A stretch of DNA of 61,884 bases, filler included, from Sphacelaria rigidula (Eukaryota), in NCBI GenBank assembly GCA_964200075.2. It is 6 parts of 6 records of this genome, joined end to end, with 100 filler letters (N's around TTAATTAATTAA, not from the genome) between each part and the next. Parts side by side here need not be neighbours in the genome. Positions count along the whole stretch, not along the records: positions 51,658 to 61,884 come from CAXNAA020006892.1; 5 more parts are not named here. One strand, written 5' to 3'. This document shows positions 60,794-61,884 of this stretch, in pieces. The position numbers and the translations under genes are program-made. Under the pieces are notes generated by a model. That model was given only the letters and a program-made list of their open reading frames with translations, searched no databases and was not told the origin of the DNA. Within the stretch, counting starts at the first letter, position 1, and each line of letters begins with the position of its first letter.

Positions 60794-60917
60794 CAAGTGC
60801 CGTTTTTTTGTCATATTCGTGGGCGCAATACATATTTGTTTTTCGTGTACTCTGTCTTTTTTTGGCGTGACTTCGTGGCAATGGGCGCCATATACCTGGA
60901 AAAGGGCTGTTGTGAGA

Positions 60918-60972
60918 AACAGCAACAGCAGTACCACCACCACCACCACCCGCAGCAGCAGCAACCACAACC

Positions 60973-61033
<61 letters not shown>

Positions 61034-61034
61034 C
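60918..61034 (+). repeat. Compound (CAG/CAC/CAA)n trinucleotide repeat
   Basis: Read directly from the sequence. Confidence 0.97.
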
Positions 61035-61704
61035 GTTGACATTCCGTCGGTATTTTTATATGTCTTGGTGTCTCACTCCCACAACACTGGCAATGTACTC
61101 TTGTCCTATTCGAGCAGTCCCAGATATGGACGCTGAGCCACAACCTTCTCCTACGATGACGTTGCTTTTACGCGGCCGCGTCACCTGAAGCCCAGACAAG
61201 TATCTGACGGGGATTGTTTTAGGGGACTGGCACTCAACAGATTTCAGCCTGGTCTTCTTTTTTTTCTTCTTTATATTCACGTTCCCTTGCATTTCGTTTC
61301 CGCGGTCCACTCCTCTCTTTGTCTCTCCATTTTTGTCTCGGAAAAAAATAGAAATCTCGAGTTTTTCGTTTCGTAGCGATTGTTTTCCCCCTGTTTTTTC
61401 TGAGATGCGTCCATCTTGTGACCACAGGTCGGATTGTTGTGGATTGAGTGAATGTGGAACAACAAACCCACGACACCGAAGAGTCAGCCTTGTACCAGGG
61501 GAGAGATAGGTCCATCGTCTTCTGAGACTGCGAGCGCGTCCCTAGGAAGGGGAGGGGTGAGAAGTATGACGAAAAATCAGAACCGAATACCAATCAGTTC
61601 TTATAACGTACACATCACCTGAGGATGACGTGTATCATTCTCAGGGATGTGTTTCCCAACAACGGGATAGGGGATTTGGGTACGCGGGGGGTGGGGAGGA
61701 GGGG

Positions 61705-61884
61705 GGGGGCGGACTCATTTGTTGCTTGCCTTGGTCGTATGGCCATTGACCTCGCATCCCTACGAAGCCGGGACGGAGCACGCCGAGTTTTCGCCGGACC
61801 AGGCTCGCACTCAATCACCAAGCGCGAAGCGCCGTGATGTCTTCGGCAAGTCGCATGAAGGGTGGGCTGCACCCTGCTAAGATT
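61705..61884 (+). repeat. Dispersed repeat family A, truncated by the window end
   Basis: CCATTGACCTCGCATCCCTAC.AAGCCGGGACGGAGCACGCCG..TTTTCGCCGGACCAGGCTCGCA. Confidence 0.85.

Noticed and set aside
60606-61143. PolyQ/polyN/polyC ORFs
   Set aside because: Artefacts of a trinucleotide microsatellite and a MITE arm; no splice signals linking them to gene 6.

Overview
This window is not one locus. It is six unrelated contigs (1-10233, 10334-20565, 20666-30897, 30998-41227, 41328-51557, 51658-61884; lengths fall from 10233 to 10227) joined by artificial 100-nt spacers (44 N + TTAATTAATTAA + 44 N). The DNA is eukaryotic, intron-rich and repeat-rich. Exon style, TTAGGG-like repeats and the repeat families suggest a brown alga (Phaeophyceae); this is inference. 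Most ORFs in the supplied track are spurious, and real genes appear only after splicing by hand. Genes found: (1) two exons of a secreted adhesin/Pmp-like protein; (2) one exon of an extracellular repeat domain; (3) 3-4 exons of the U5 snRNP factor CD2BP2/Lin1; (4) a nine-exon, phase-consistent minus-strand gene for a single-pass membrane protein ending in a pseudokinase, where HRD has become HGG and DFG has become GFR while the beta-3 lysine is kept, a pattern resembling MLKL (HGK/GFE); (5, 6) two unknown coiled-coil genes. The rest is transposable-element debris: an RTE-like LINE, a LINE endonuclease fragment, a decayed Ty3/Gypsy element with a chromodomain-like tail, tRNA-derived SINEs, many MITE/foldback elements, and mini- and microsatellites. 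The best candidate for novelty is the membrane-anchored MLKL-like pseudokinase in contig 4.
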